Made by a program: the position numbers and the translations under genes | The notes under the pieces: generated by a model | The model's database searches: none | Told to the model about the DNA's origin: nothing | The model's input: only the letters and a program-made list of their open reading frames with translations | Part shown: positions 24,032 through 34,985 of the stretch, piece after piece | Layout of the letters: each line of letters begins with the position of its first letter | How positions within the stretch are numbered: position 1 is the stretch's first letter | Source of the DNA: Orbicella franksi | Lineage: Eukaryota | Assembly (NCBI GenBank): GCA_964199315.1 | Contig: OZ116699.1 | Location: 19,902,001-19,966,000 of the forward strand | DNA: 64,000 bases | Direction of reading: 5' to 3'

Positions 24032-24122
<91 letters not shown>
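23716..24122 (+). mobile_element. Probable 3' end of a 5'-truncated non-LTR retrotransposon (CR1/L2-type tail)
   Basis: A short reading-frame remnant (...FNALSASTTRHRHSDFIYN, stop 23824-23826) is followed by an AT-rich UTR, AATAAA and directly a (TATC)n tail, the usual layout of CR1/L2 3' ends. No RT motif is visible, so the class is inferred. Confidence 0.4.
24033..24122 (+). repeat. (TATC)n microsatellite, ~22 units
   Basis: Perfect tandem TATC run, read directly. Confidence 0.98.
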
Positions 24123-24614
24123 CCGTTTAATAGAAGTAATGTTTGTAAATTTATGATCCTTGTTTGCATCATTACGGCTCGTTAACGCTTTGTCAACTTT
24201 TCACCATACGTCTTGCGTCACAGATCCTTTGCAGGAGGGCTCATTTATCACGAAGGGCTCATTTATCATTATTATTTCTTCGCTGTTTACTAACAGTCCG
24301 AGACATAAAGTGTCTCTATTGTAACGTCATCAAATTGCATAGCGGCTTGAGGCCGGTTGCGTAAAGTTGTGCAGGGACCTGGGGTGAGTTGCAAGTTTTA
24401 ACCAAACACCATATGAAAAAACCACGTTGAGATTGATCATTTGAACTGAACAAATAATACTTGATTTTTGGTTAACATCTCTTCTGGTAATGCTTGATGT
24501 TCCACCATGATATTGTTCATTAACTTCATTACAATGGTTTACAAAAGGATGCAGTGTTCTTAAGTAGGTGTGTGAAATCGGTACCTTTTTTCAATAAAAG
24601 GAACACGAAAGGGG

Positions 24615-24835
24615 TCTCTCTCTCAACCCAAGAGGCGAATGGGTACAGCACTCGCAAATTGTTTGAGCAACCTGGCAAGGGTGAGGAACTAGCATTACGT
24701 TCACTGGAGAGTAATAAAACTGAATAGAATGAATAGTATGCTGTTGGATTCTGGATGATGTTGTCCTGGTTTGAGCCATGGCCAGGGTCAACCTCTCTCA
24801 ACAGGTGTATAAATGGATATCAGGAAATTTAAAAA
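24615..24835 (+). mobile_element. Degenerate SINE fragments (same family as 45404-45644)
   Basis: CTCTCTCTCAACCCAAGAGGCGAATGGGTAC and CTCTCTCAACAGGTGTATAAATGGATATC match the SINE central box. GGTTTGAGCC resembles a B-box. Confidence 0.5.
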
Positions 24836-25275
24836 TGCTACAGGGCTAAAATATGATAGTTGCTTAATGTATGTTACTGAAACTGGACAGGAGTGTTGGG
24901 TTGGAGGGCCACAGTGCTAGAAAGTAGCCCTGACCATTACCATTGTCATAGCGAGTAAAATCAAGCTTACTTGTTACATGCTTATTTCACTGTGGAAAGG
25001 AAACAACTGCCATGCTGTGGTTTAAATATATTTTGGCTTTTAAATTTTTCAGATCAGCTTGGTTTTTATCAGTCCCTTTGTTTCAGATTATGATTGGTGT
25101 CAGATTATTAAGGCTGGTGTGACTGTTACCAACAGAATAACTTTCATAACTTAAGCATAATATTCCACTCCCAGAGGTTTGTTTAAAAGCTTTGCAATAA
25201 AAATCATTTTTTATTAAAAGAACCACCCTCAGGTGGCAGATAATAAAACTCATTGCCCATGGATGTTATCTGAGA

Positions 25276-25596
25276 CCCGAGGGATGGAGGTGGAACTCCC
25301 ATATAAAAAGGACGGGGGTTGCTTGTCGGAAATTTTGAAAAGAACCCCCAAGAGGTACCAAGGTCCTGTTTTGTGGGTGTGGCTGTGATTTTTTCACCTC
25401 TATGAGGTACCGATTCTAAAACATCACATTACCTCCTGTTAATTTTTTTCCGGCTCATTACCCTAAAAGGGACTGCAGAAGCTCCCGCTCTGGACCTTTT
25501 GAGGCTGACCACCCTAAGAGGTACCAAAACCGCTTCTCAAACCCCGAAAGGTGCGACGAGCACCCTGTCATTATATATCGGAGTCCCCCATCCGGG
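25276..25596 (+). mobile_element. Non-autonomous DNA transposon (MITE), 321 bp, CCCG...CCGGG termini, 8-bp TSD ATCTGAGA
   Basis: ATCTGAGA at 25268-25275 and 25597-25604 flanks imperfect TIRs (CCCGAGGG...ACTCCCATATA / TATATCGGAGTCCCCCATCCGGG). Confidence 0.85.
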
Positions 25597-26423
25597 ATCT
25601 GAGAGTTGGTTCTCTTGCAAGACAATATTGAAAGAGAAAAGTATTGTTAATGATCAGCTGTAATGATGGGAAACCATAATTAACACCCAGGATACCATTA
25701 CATACAAACAATTTAGACAAAAAATATATTAGAAATACCTTTGAGCCAACTCTCTGGTGTTATCTGGAGTTTCATGGATACAAAATGGATCTCCCATATG
25801 GTTCGCATAAGCTCAAAACACCTTTGATTTCATCAAAACTACTCTGCTACACAGTGTTTCAACTCTCTCCTTTGCATTTGGAAATCAGATAAGCACTCAT
25901 GTTTCATTATGTACAATCAGGTGAAAGTTCTGGGCCTTCAAATGTAATACTCACATTGAAATCTCTGCATTTCTAGTGTCAATCTGTACAACCAGCACAA
26001 GCAAACTGAGTTGAGAAACAACCAGTTACCAGTGAGGGGAAGGTATGTGGTTTATTTTTCAGTCAGACAAATTCACAAATATTTAAAGAAAAGGCCACAG
26101 GTGATCAGCCTTAGGAAGGAGATATACTAGAAAGTTCCTAAAAAATGCCTTACCTCACTTTCACATGGCATAATTATTTTTTGTCGTTTATTACGTCACT
26201 ATGCAGACTCGAGGCCATTTTAGTGTTACTTCTTGAATCAAAACCCATAAAGAGATAACGGGCTTGAATTTGTCACAGTAGGTAAACAGACAACAATGGA
26301 AGTAAGCTAACGCATTTTACTAATTTGTTTTCAATATTTCTGCTTCCCTAGGGTAATAAATAATATCGCCATACAACCTCTCCCAGTCCACCCTTATAAC
26401 TTTACAGTTGCTACCATAGTTTT

Positions 26424-26686
26424 TAGAGGGAAATGGTTATGAAGCCCAGCAAACATCACGCAAACAAAGATGCCCAAGATCTATGTTGGAAGGTCCATGA
26501 CTGTGCACAGTCTTTTGTTTTGCCCTCACACACTATGCATGAATTACTTAACCAAAACGTTCCTATTGGTTAGTTCCTCAGTATGGAGTAAACAACTATT
26601 GTGTTTGTGCACGGTCAAGGCCAAAACTGAGCAAACAAAAAAATACAACAAAGAAATTTGTTGGGTTTCATAACCATTCCCCTCTA
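26424..26686. mobile_element. TA-flanked MITE, copy 2
   Basis: TIRs TAGAGGGAAATGGTTATGAA ... TTCATAACCATTCCCCTCTA. The body is colinear with 1615-1880. Confidence 0.8.
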
Positions 26687-27134
26687 TTACTATGTTGCTG
26701 CTAATTTATAGGTGATTTGCATGATAGCATCATTAAACTGCAACTACCAGAATTCTTCACTTTTTCTTTTTCTTATGCTTATTTATATTGTTATTTAAAT
26801 CCCACTGGGGCTTCAAATTTAAATAATAAAGAAAAAACCACAGAAATTCTGGTAGTAGTAGTGAAATGATGATAACGTGCCAATCTATTTACACAAGATG
26901 ATCACCTCACAGCTAGAGCTTTGCCCACCTGTCAAAAGCCTATTACGAGGAGACAGTTCAACTACTGTCATTTACCTGACTTAGTGAATCACAGTTAGTA
27001 TTAAGTATAATCAGAGCAAGCTATCCAAGTGCTGACAGAAATGAACGGAAAGTTCAGTAAAAACTTGAACAAAGATGCACTTTTTTGTTGCAAAATTGTA
27101 ACGTGTCCATAGTAATCAAAAGTAGCCACCAATT

Positions 27135-27671
27135 TCAACCCATGGATGTCAAGCACAGTGGGCAGTGTCGCAGTTGCGACCTCAGACACGCTTGGAAACA
27201 CGTGTGATGCAGTAAATGACCACATCTCAAAACCTGACAAGGAACACGCGAGGCGTGCAAGTCTTCCATGCATATGGGACAGTTCGATCTGGAGCTCTGT
27301 TCGATACACTTGTGGGAACTCTTGATATTGTTCGGATAGCACATGTCGCACATTGAACAATGGAAGTAGTTATCTTTCCCACCGACGCGGCAAACCCCGC
27401 AGAGGTCGCAGTGGAACTGGCCTTTGTCCCGATCGTCGTACAAACGGCAAGTGGAACAGAAGTAAAAGCCAAATTTGATGCCACATTCCGTACAATGTGA
27501 CACGACATCTTGCAGTTTACCGCACTGATTGCACTTGATTTGTTGAACATTCTTCCTTTCTAACTCATGGTTTTTCTCTGCTTCATCGTGGCAAAAGCGA
27601 CAGGAGTAGATCTTGTTACAACACGGAGCCAGAAAAGAACATTTCCTCACATAATGCTCGCAGCCCGCCAT
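27135..27671 (-). CDS. RCHY1: RCHY1/Pirh2-like E3 ligase (CHY zinc finger, CTCHY, RING-H2), single exon, 178 aa, lacking the C-terminal domain
   Basis: Starts GCEHYVRKCSFLAPCCNKIYSCRFCHDE (CHY), then YFCSTCRLYDD...QFHCDLCGVCRVG...YFHC (CTCHY), then RING-H2 CPIC...CGHLLHHTC...CPLC. The stop TGA comes four residues after the last RING Cys. Confidence 0.85.
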   Translation of the reverse strand: MAGCEHYVRKCSFLAPCCNKIYSCRFCHDEAEKNHELERKNVQQIKCNQCGKLQDVVSHCTECGIKFGFYFCSTCRLYDDRDKGQFHCDLCGVCRVGGKDNYFHCSMCDMCYPNNIKSSHKCIEQSSRSNCPICMEDLHASRVPCQVLRCGHLLHHTCFQACLRSQLRHCPLCLTSMG

Positions 27672-28759
27672 GTTTTAGCTTTGTTGATTTACATTGCGTG
27701 TATTTTGATGGGATCTAGGTCCCCTCGTCTTTTTCACGCCGTGATCCACCGCACGAGATGTTGCTTAGTGTACATATTATGGGTTATTGACCAAGTGTGA
27801 GGTCAAGATGGCTGGATATTGGCCAAGTTCTTTTTTGGCGAGTTTAGGTCAGTTCATGGACTAAGACGGAGTCGAGGTCCATCTTGACCGAGCAAGCTTG
27901 GTCAATACAGGATTTATTATATGGCTTTCGGGAAAATTTTTACGGTGTATGTAACCAGGTCCCAAATGATCTAAGGATCTGTTTAACAAATTGACGTCAG
28001 TTTTTCATGCGCATGTCTTGTTATTGACAATGAATTTCGTCAGAACATTGTCAAAGTAGCAGACTACTTTACGATAACAAATTGTCCTCTCTCGCTCGTT
28101 GACGTATCTCTTAAATGATACATTTGTGTCTGTCTGCATATTGACGATGAAAATTAGCCGATGAGCGCACAAGGATTTCTGCAGTTATCGTAAAATTTTT
28201 CTTACCCCACAATGGTCATTCATATTGGTCATCCCTTTCTCCTTTAAAATCAAAACAAATGAACAATTTCGAAATTTTTGAGAGCGTTTGTTCTACTTCA
28301 GTTATTCGCCTCTTTCTAGGTCACTCTACTTCTGTAGTATAATTTTGTGTGCAGGAGGAAAGCCGTCTTTCAAGTTACTTTTAGATGTGACACCTGTAAA
28401 AGGCTCTGTATACATTGTCAAAATTTCGTTGCTTTGCCGAGTGTCTCTCAGAAGATGTTTCAGAATATTTGGACACTATTTCACCACCGAGTTCATGGTT
28501 CTGCAATTGTTGGGACGAACACACTTTTGCTGTTTGGTGACGTTCAAGGCTTAGGCGATAGATATTTTTGCCAAGTGCAAGAAACTTTGCGGCATCAAAG
28601 AAACCCTTGAATTTAATCTAACAAGTTACCAAACACTATACTATATTCCCATCTCCTCATACGATAAGGTCCCAATTTTTCCAAACTATTAAGCCATTGG
28701 TGAAATAGCTTCCACACTATGAAGGTTATGCTGAATCTGGCCTGGAGGAGGAATAACCT

Positions 28760-28963
28760 CTCCTCTCACAATGCCCTTCTCCACCCAGGTGTATAAATGG
28801 GTACTGGCAAGTTGAATGTTTAGGGATAACGACAGACTAGCATCCCATCCAGGGGAGAGTATAAATACTCCCAGTCGATTCATGCAATTCGTCGATTCAT
28901 GCTACAGAAACCAGGGTAAGCGCTGGCCTGATGGGCCACTGAACTCGTATACAGACTCACCTT
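28760..28963 (+). mobile_element. tRNA-derived SINE, 5'-truncated copy
   Basis: CTCCACCCAGGTGTATAAATGGGTACTGG...GACTAGCATCCCATCCAGGGGAGAGTATAAATACTCC matches the reverse-oriented copy at 45404-45644. Confidence 0.75.
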
Positions 28964-29404
28964 GTGGAAATTCGAATTCTGTAGACCTTTTCCTCTTTCT
29001 CTCCGGCCTTATATATTTGCTTTCTGTTGCCCTCTCCACCCGCTGCGCGGTTACAACACAAAACAGAATAATGAGGAAAAAAACAATCGAGGTACTGGCA
29101 ATGGACAATGACAAGAGACAATAATCTATTGTCTCTTGAAAATAAAAGGTGGGTAAAGCGAAGTTTTATACTGATCTTGCAACTTTTAATTAACAGATAT
29201 TTTCCTTTCCAAATGAAAAGGCAAAATGCGCGTTCGTGTCCGACACAACTTGAAATGCTGTGTCGGAAGTGCAATCCCTGTTTCTTCTCTCCCTGATAAG
29301 GCCCACTTTTTTCACGCTTGTACTAGATAAACCAAAAAGGAAAGAAGATCTGAAAGAATGTACAATTTAGTGTTGTCATTGTTTTGAGTTACAGGAGTTG
29401 TCAT

Positions 29405-31640
29405 CTACTTCAGTGGCACTAGTGAAGTTAAACAGAGCACAGTTGCGTCAAGGTGTAAAAAATCCCGACCACCCGGCTTTAAGCCTCTGGTCTTCAACTT
29501 TTCTCTGTCACATCCAAACGTGGCTGTCCCGAAAAATCCTACAACAGGTGTCCTAGGAAAAGCTTCACTTAATGACAAGCATTGGGCATTTTCATATCCA
29601 TAAGTCATTCTTCCCCTTGAAAAACACGAAAACATCAAACTAAAGCTGTTCTCTTTTGGTACATCAGAGTTGTCAAGTCTCTTAATGGCATCATGGAGAT
29701 TCTCCAAAGACTCTACTAACATGCCACCTGTAATGACTGCAGACGTGGACTGCAAATTCCCAGCCAGCACAAGACCAATGATCTCACGAGTAGTGACTTC
29801 TGTGTTGTAGAACAAATAACTGTCACTGTAACCACCTACAATAACCACCTGAAATGTCAAATAGAAAACAATTTGAAAGGTAACTGAAAGAAAAGGGTTA
29901 GTTCAGTAATTAAATTAAGTTAATACATCACATCTGTTCTGGGATGACATGCAAAACATGGCACAAGGCTCCTCTAACTGGAGAGGTGCATCTAATGGTA
30001 CAATTTATTGAGGACTGACAATGATGTTTCAATCCCCATTTTTTTTTGTGCAGGAAATTTCACATCTTGATTTCCTTAAGGTTTTAATACGCTCTCTACT
30101 GGGATTTAATCATTAGAAACGTAATTTATTTGTCTTTCTCACCTTGTTGTTTTAAAAACTAAATCCCACTAAGTGCATAGTCATTGTTCAGTCCAACACT
30201 GGACCAGAGGTGGTATGTTCCAGTGACTTAATTACACCAAAATGTTTCAATCGACAATTACAAAATCCTTTTCTCCATACAGGAAAGTTGAAAACACTGA
30301 TCCTTGCTCCACGGACTACCCACTAACCCCCATCTCCCCTCACGGACTAGTCTAAACAATCAGCGAGATTTACTTTTATGGGAGAAAGACATACGAGAAG
30401 CCTAAATGCTCCACCAACACGATCATAAATTTACGAAAAACAGCCACCATTTTCTTTTCACTGGCTTCCTTGACCCAGTCTTTTTTCATTTTCATCCCAT
30501 TCATCAACCACCAGTCCAAATGCTTATTATAGCCTGTGTCAGCCAATCGATGTATACATAAAAAATAATATGGCTAGAGACAGAGTCCAGCTTTAAAGTC
30601 ACCTTAAACTTGTCTCTGTGGTAGATCAAGGCGTACTGGGGACAAGGCAAGTTGTAATAAAGAGTAGGAAAGGAAACCTGTGAAAAGGAATTTGCTGCTG
30701 TTTTTCACAAAATTATGATCATGTAAAGGTAAGTTTGGTGGATTATTTGGGGTAGTTTGTGGGGTTAGTCCATAGGGTGGTCTGCGGAGTAGTCCATAGG
30801 GTAGTCTGTGGAGTGGGGATCAGTGGGTATTCCGAAGAGTGGGATTAGTGTTTTCAACTCTCTCCAAACATGGGAGATATTACATTCAAGACATTCAATA
30901 TGCCTGGATAGCTCCAAGGAGCTGGGGAGTTGGGTGTCATTGCAAGAAACCCCTGGTACATTATCCCTACCACTGAAACAGACTTTTAATCTAATGTATC
31001 TTACATCATCGCCGTAATTTGACCTTAAAGCCAAGGTCAAATTGGTCAGTTTTCCAAGTGACAGGGGATGAGCTAACACTATCACCAGTTTCACAGGGAG
31101 AGTCATACTAGGAAGAAACGATTTAATACCACTAATATTCTTGTACTTGTTGCGGAGGGGTATATAAAAATCACGGATTTCAAGTCCACCACAGCGCGGA
31201 AACATCATAAGTGACAATCCCGACGAGTTTTCCATTTCTTGCGGTTGGCCCGAGTTCGTTTGGTCTGAACCAATCACCCCGAGACCTGTACAGCCAATCA
31301 GCGGACAGTTCACTGGGACACAGTTTCGCACTGATCGCAGAAAATTCTTGATAAATGATGTACTGGATGAAGGAAGTGATCCTGAAAATAGTAGTAAAGC
31401 TCTTGGTTCAATGTTTTGTTGCCTTATGAAGTCAAGTACGTCCCTCGAACATTCAGAGAAGTTTGAGTCTCTTGGAGATAAATAAACGGCGCATTTCCTT
31501 CTTGATCTTCGAATCCTCTCCACTGTGTCATGCCAGAGATGACAGACTTGTGCTGCTATTGCTATGCATCTTCCTGGGAGAAAACGGAGAATAATTTCCA
31601 CAATTTCGGCGATTTCACCGAGATTCTCCTTTGCCGCCAT
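29405..31640 (-). CDS. FBXO22: F-box protein FBXO22-like (F-box plus FIST/FIST_C), 2 exons, ~359 aa
   Basis: Exon 1 is 31640-31005 (ATG in CAAGATGGCGG; F-box EIVEIILRFLP...AAQVCHLW; FIST CPLIGCTGLGVIG). A phase-0 GT-AG intron follows. Exon 2 is 29848-29405 (VVIVGG...MFSCFSRG...AFPRTPVVGFFG...GCD...LHLDATVLCL). Confidence 0.85.
30295..30825. mobile_element. Element with CACTG...CAGTG termini (CACTA/EnSpm-like, non-autonomous) in the FBXO22 intron
   Basis: 27-bp imperfect TIR: CACTGATCCTTGCTCCACGGACTACCC vs GGGTAGTCTGTGGAGTGGGGATCAGTG, plus subterminal GTCCATAGGGT repeats. No TSD is visible, so the superfamily is tentative. Confidence 0.55.
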
Positions 31641-31738
31641 CTTGGCACAGATGATGGCGCGGTTACGCAGCAAGGCTTGGCTGCATACACCAAGATTGAC
31701 AAAAACTGGAAAACATTTCAAGGTACTTCAATGCAAGG
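31641..31738. promoter_or_regulatory. 98-bp head-to-head spacer between the FBXO22 and UBOX5 start codons (bidirectional promoter or overlapping 5' UTRs)
   Basis: ATG at 31640 (-) and ATG at 31739 (+). A YY1-type CAAGATGGCGGC motif overlaps the FBXO22 start. Confidence 0.7.
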
Positions 31739-34653
31739 ATGCTCGTAAATTTTCTTCATCCTTTCTTTAAATCAAGAGTGGATTGTGACGTTGTAAGTTC
31801 AGATGGATACTCCGTTGGTAACCTTGTAAGTATAGATTTCAGGGAAAGTTCGCGAGGTTTTTTGGCCGCCCATTTTATTAAGCCTCCGGCACTGTTGCTG
31901 ATCCAATTGCCATTTCCTATTCACGTGGAATCCATGATCATCAAACCCAAAGTGGGATCTCAGATTTCATCAGGCATAGCCATTCTGGTGGCGGGAATAG
32001 CAGCCAAACGTGATCCTTCTAGAAAAGGAGACACCTCCAACAATAAATCAACACAGCTCTCGAAAAAGAAAAGAACTAAAAAAGAACTCCTTTCAGATTC
32101 AAACAAAGTTGGAATTTGTCAACAAGGTTCTGCAGTTTGTTGCCAGAATCGTTTGGAGAAAGAAACATCCATCCACTTCCCTAACCACAGTTATGAACTT
32201 GACATTACACCAGGCTCAGCAAAAGGTGAACATTCACAGTTTTTCTCTCAGGTTGCTTGGCTGAATGACAGAGAAGGAAAAACTATCCACATTCAAAACA
32301 AACTATTTCAACAGAGGAGCCCTGTTCAAGGGTTTAATCCTGGAGGAAGATCAGACTTTCACGAAGGGGAATTCCAACGACCTTATTTGCTACAAAAGGT
32401 TACTCATGTGGCACTGAAGATTGTGAGACTAAGTGGTTCCAGTGTGCCAGCTATTGGGAAAGTTGAAATTTGGGGACAACCATCTGCTGCCTGCAAACCA
32501 GGAGTTTTAGAGTATGCTTTAGGCATTCAAGAAAAAATCCAGGCAGGTGCTGTAGTCAAGACCACTGCCATCAGAAATAGAACCACTGAGAATTCTAAAA
32601 ATCACACTCTGTTAAGTTATAGCAGTAGTTCCCTAGCAGAAGACTTCATTGATCCAATCACATGTGAACTCATGACTGTACCTGTGTTATTACCATCTGG
32701 TCACAATATAGACACAACCACACTAGAAAAGCATATTACAGCAGAGAGATCATGGGGACGATTGCCTTCTGATCCATTTACTGGGAAGGTATTCTCAGAC
32801 ACAAGTAAGCCAGTGCCAAACAGTGCACTTAAAGTTAGGATTGATAAGTTTCTGTTAACATCAGTTGCCAGTACTTCAAGTTGTGGAAGAACAGTTGGAA
32901 GAGAGAGCAGCTTATCTGGAGCAAGTAATCTGAACGATGGCCTGCTACTGAAAACAAACAGCAATGCACCCTCAGGAGAATCAAACAAGAGTGTTCATTG
33001 TGACAGCAAAGAGTTCAGTGAACAGAGTGATTCAAATTCAAGAGTAGATGTATCAGATCAAACAGGTGAGTAAAGGTAAACTCTGCATCAGACCAAGTGT
33101 CCCTCTCCACCCGGGTGTATTAATGCATACCTGCAAAAGAATTACATCCCATCCAGCATGGAGTGTAATCCTGTCTGCTTCATGTTACCGAAACCAAGAT
33201 CAGCTTTGGAGTTATGGGACCCTTTGGCCTGATGCAGACTTGTTTTGGTTCCAAAACAAACAGCCCCTTCTAGTTTAATTAACTTACACTGGTACTGGCC
33301 CAATTTTTTTGGGGTTCTGGCTTTTAATAGGCCCTGTCTGTTTCATTCTGTTTTATAACAAGATAACTTGTCAAACCATTTTTGGTGGTTTGTTTTCATG
33401 TTTATATATTACTGATGAGGAAACAGTGCATGAGACTATCCTGGAAAATTTGCAGCCAAACGTGCAAGAAAATTCTCATTGTTATTGACAATTCTTAGGG
33501 ATAGAGCTTGGCCATGAGGAAGCAGTTTCTAGAAGTCTTGAGTCAGCTGTACATCAGACACTCAGAGGGCTTCACATGTTCACAAGAAATATGACAGGCT
33601 ATAAAGAAATGCCAACTGTTATGCAAGCCTCCATTACACAGGCAAACACAGGTACATATAGATCCTGGCAGATCTGTACAATATAAATAGTTTGCATACA
33701 GTAACCTGGCATTTTGTAGTGAGGCTCCTGGCCTAATGATCAGGGTATTGCACTTCTGTTTGACTGGTGGCTGGTGTTGTGTTCTTCAACAAAGCACTCT
33801 CATGGTGTCTTTCTCCACCCACGAGTACAAACGAGTATCAGGGAATTGTTGGGAAAAATTATAGCTTACTGGCATCCATTCATGGTAGTAATTACTCCAA
33901 GTTTTGGAAACCAGAGTGCTTGCCTTGTAAGCCAGTTAGGCTTGAAGAGAGAATTACAATTTTTTCTAATCTGGTAAGGTTAAGTACAGTACACACCAGG
34001 AGAGAAGGAACCATATCTTTTTCTACCTTATAATGGTCCAAGAATCCCCATTACGTCGTGATTGTTTGAAGCAAATTATGTGTTAACTTCTGTTTTGGCT
34101 AGCCAATTGGCAGGGAGCATTGACACAACCCCCATGGTACCCTTGCCCCCCTCCCCCATCCTTCCTCTCTTGAAAGCCATCCCTGCACATATTAGGTATT
34201 CATATAACATTAATGCAAATGGTCAAGTTTTGTACATTTTAAAAGATATTTTATTATTTTCTAACAGATTCAAGCTCAAGAAGGAGAAAAATATTGCTTT
34301 ACCATCACCCTTTCTTGGTATTGACCTAGTCGGTGGGGCCACTTTGTGGGATATAAGACTATTAATGTCTGGTGCGCTTCAATCCAATAGGTATACAAGG
34401 ACGAGTAAAGAGAGCAGCGCCACAAGCTTCAGAAACTTTGAGAAACCAAATCAAAAAGAAGAAATCAACAGTTTTGTGTGTGACGTGTGATAGGGATCTC
34501 TCCACGGGGTCTATATTTCATTTGCCATGTCAACACGTGATGTGTCGGTCATGTCTGATGAGTGCTACTCAAGAGAAGAACAGTGGCAGTACATGCAAGC
34601 TGTGTAAAACAAAGTTTAGGAAAATGGATGTTACTCGAGTTCATAATATGTGA
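31739..34653 (+). CDS. UBOX5: U-box and RING E3 ligase UBOX5/RNF37-like, 3 exons, ~580 aa
   Basis: Exons 31739-33065, 33499-33651, 34391-34653 (phases 1, 1). N-terminal SSDGYSVGNL...GFLAAHFIKPP, U-box EDFIDPITCELMTVPVLLPSG...SDPFTG, exon 2 HEEAVSRSLESAVHQTL, C-terminal C3HC4 RING CVTC...LPCQHVMCRSC...CKLC. The exon 3 acceptor was chosen for frame compatibility. Confidence 0.88.
33088..33900 (+). mobile_element. Two degenerate SINE copies (~33088-33241 and ~33715-33900) in UBOX5 introns 1 and 2
   Basis: CTCTCCACCCGGGTGTATTAATG...CATCCCATCCAG...GGCCTGATGCAGACTT and GTTGTGTTCTTCAACAAAGCACTCTCATGGTGTCTTTCTCCACCC match the SINE consensus seen elsewhere in the window. Confidence 0.6.
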
Positions 34654-34716
34654 TGTAGCTCGAGGAGTAGCTGCACAATGCCCAACCACTTCGAAGTTGT
34701 ACTCCTCCCAAAACGG

Positions 34717-34985
34717 GTATACGCATCTACGTGGTTACGCGGTGACGTGGCAAGCGGCTACGTGGCTACACAGCTACGCGTCTATTTGTCTACGTGGCTA
34801 CGCGGCTGTGCGGCTAAGCGGATATGCGGCTAAGCGGATATGTGGCTATGCGTCTACGTGACTTCGCGGCTACGCGTCTACAAGGCTACGCACCAATAAG
34901 GCTAATTGGCTACATAGTTACGTGTTTATTGGCTACGCGTCTATTGGGTAAGCGTCTACGTGGCTGCGCGGCTACGCGTCTGCGC
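34717..34985 (+). repeat. Degenerate 8-bp-period minisatellite (consensus GGCTACGC/GTCTACGT) just 3' of the UBOX5 stop
   Basis: Units read directly: GGCTACGC GGCTGTGC GGCTAAGC GGATATGC GGCTAAGC GGATATGT GGCTATGC GTCTACGT. Confidence 0.85.

Noticed and set aside
24971-25983. Possible small minus-strand exons (24971-24989, 25955-25983) as the missing RCHY1 C-terminus
   Set aside because: The translations contain stops or show no similarity to the Pirh2 C-terminal zinc ribbon. Splice-like signals of this strength occur by chance.
30765-31004. C-terminal part of the 318-aa ORF in the track (VRYIRLK...HPMD)
   Set aside because: Read-through into the FBXO22 intron and the CACTG repeat. The true frame splices at 31005 to the FIST_C exon.
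34268-34330. Alternative acceptor (CTAACAG at 34267) for UBOX5 exon 3
   Set aside because: It gives an in-frame TAG at 34327 before the RING. The acceptor at 34390 keeps the RING in frame.
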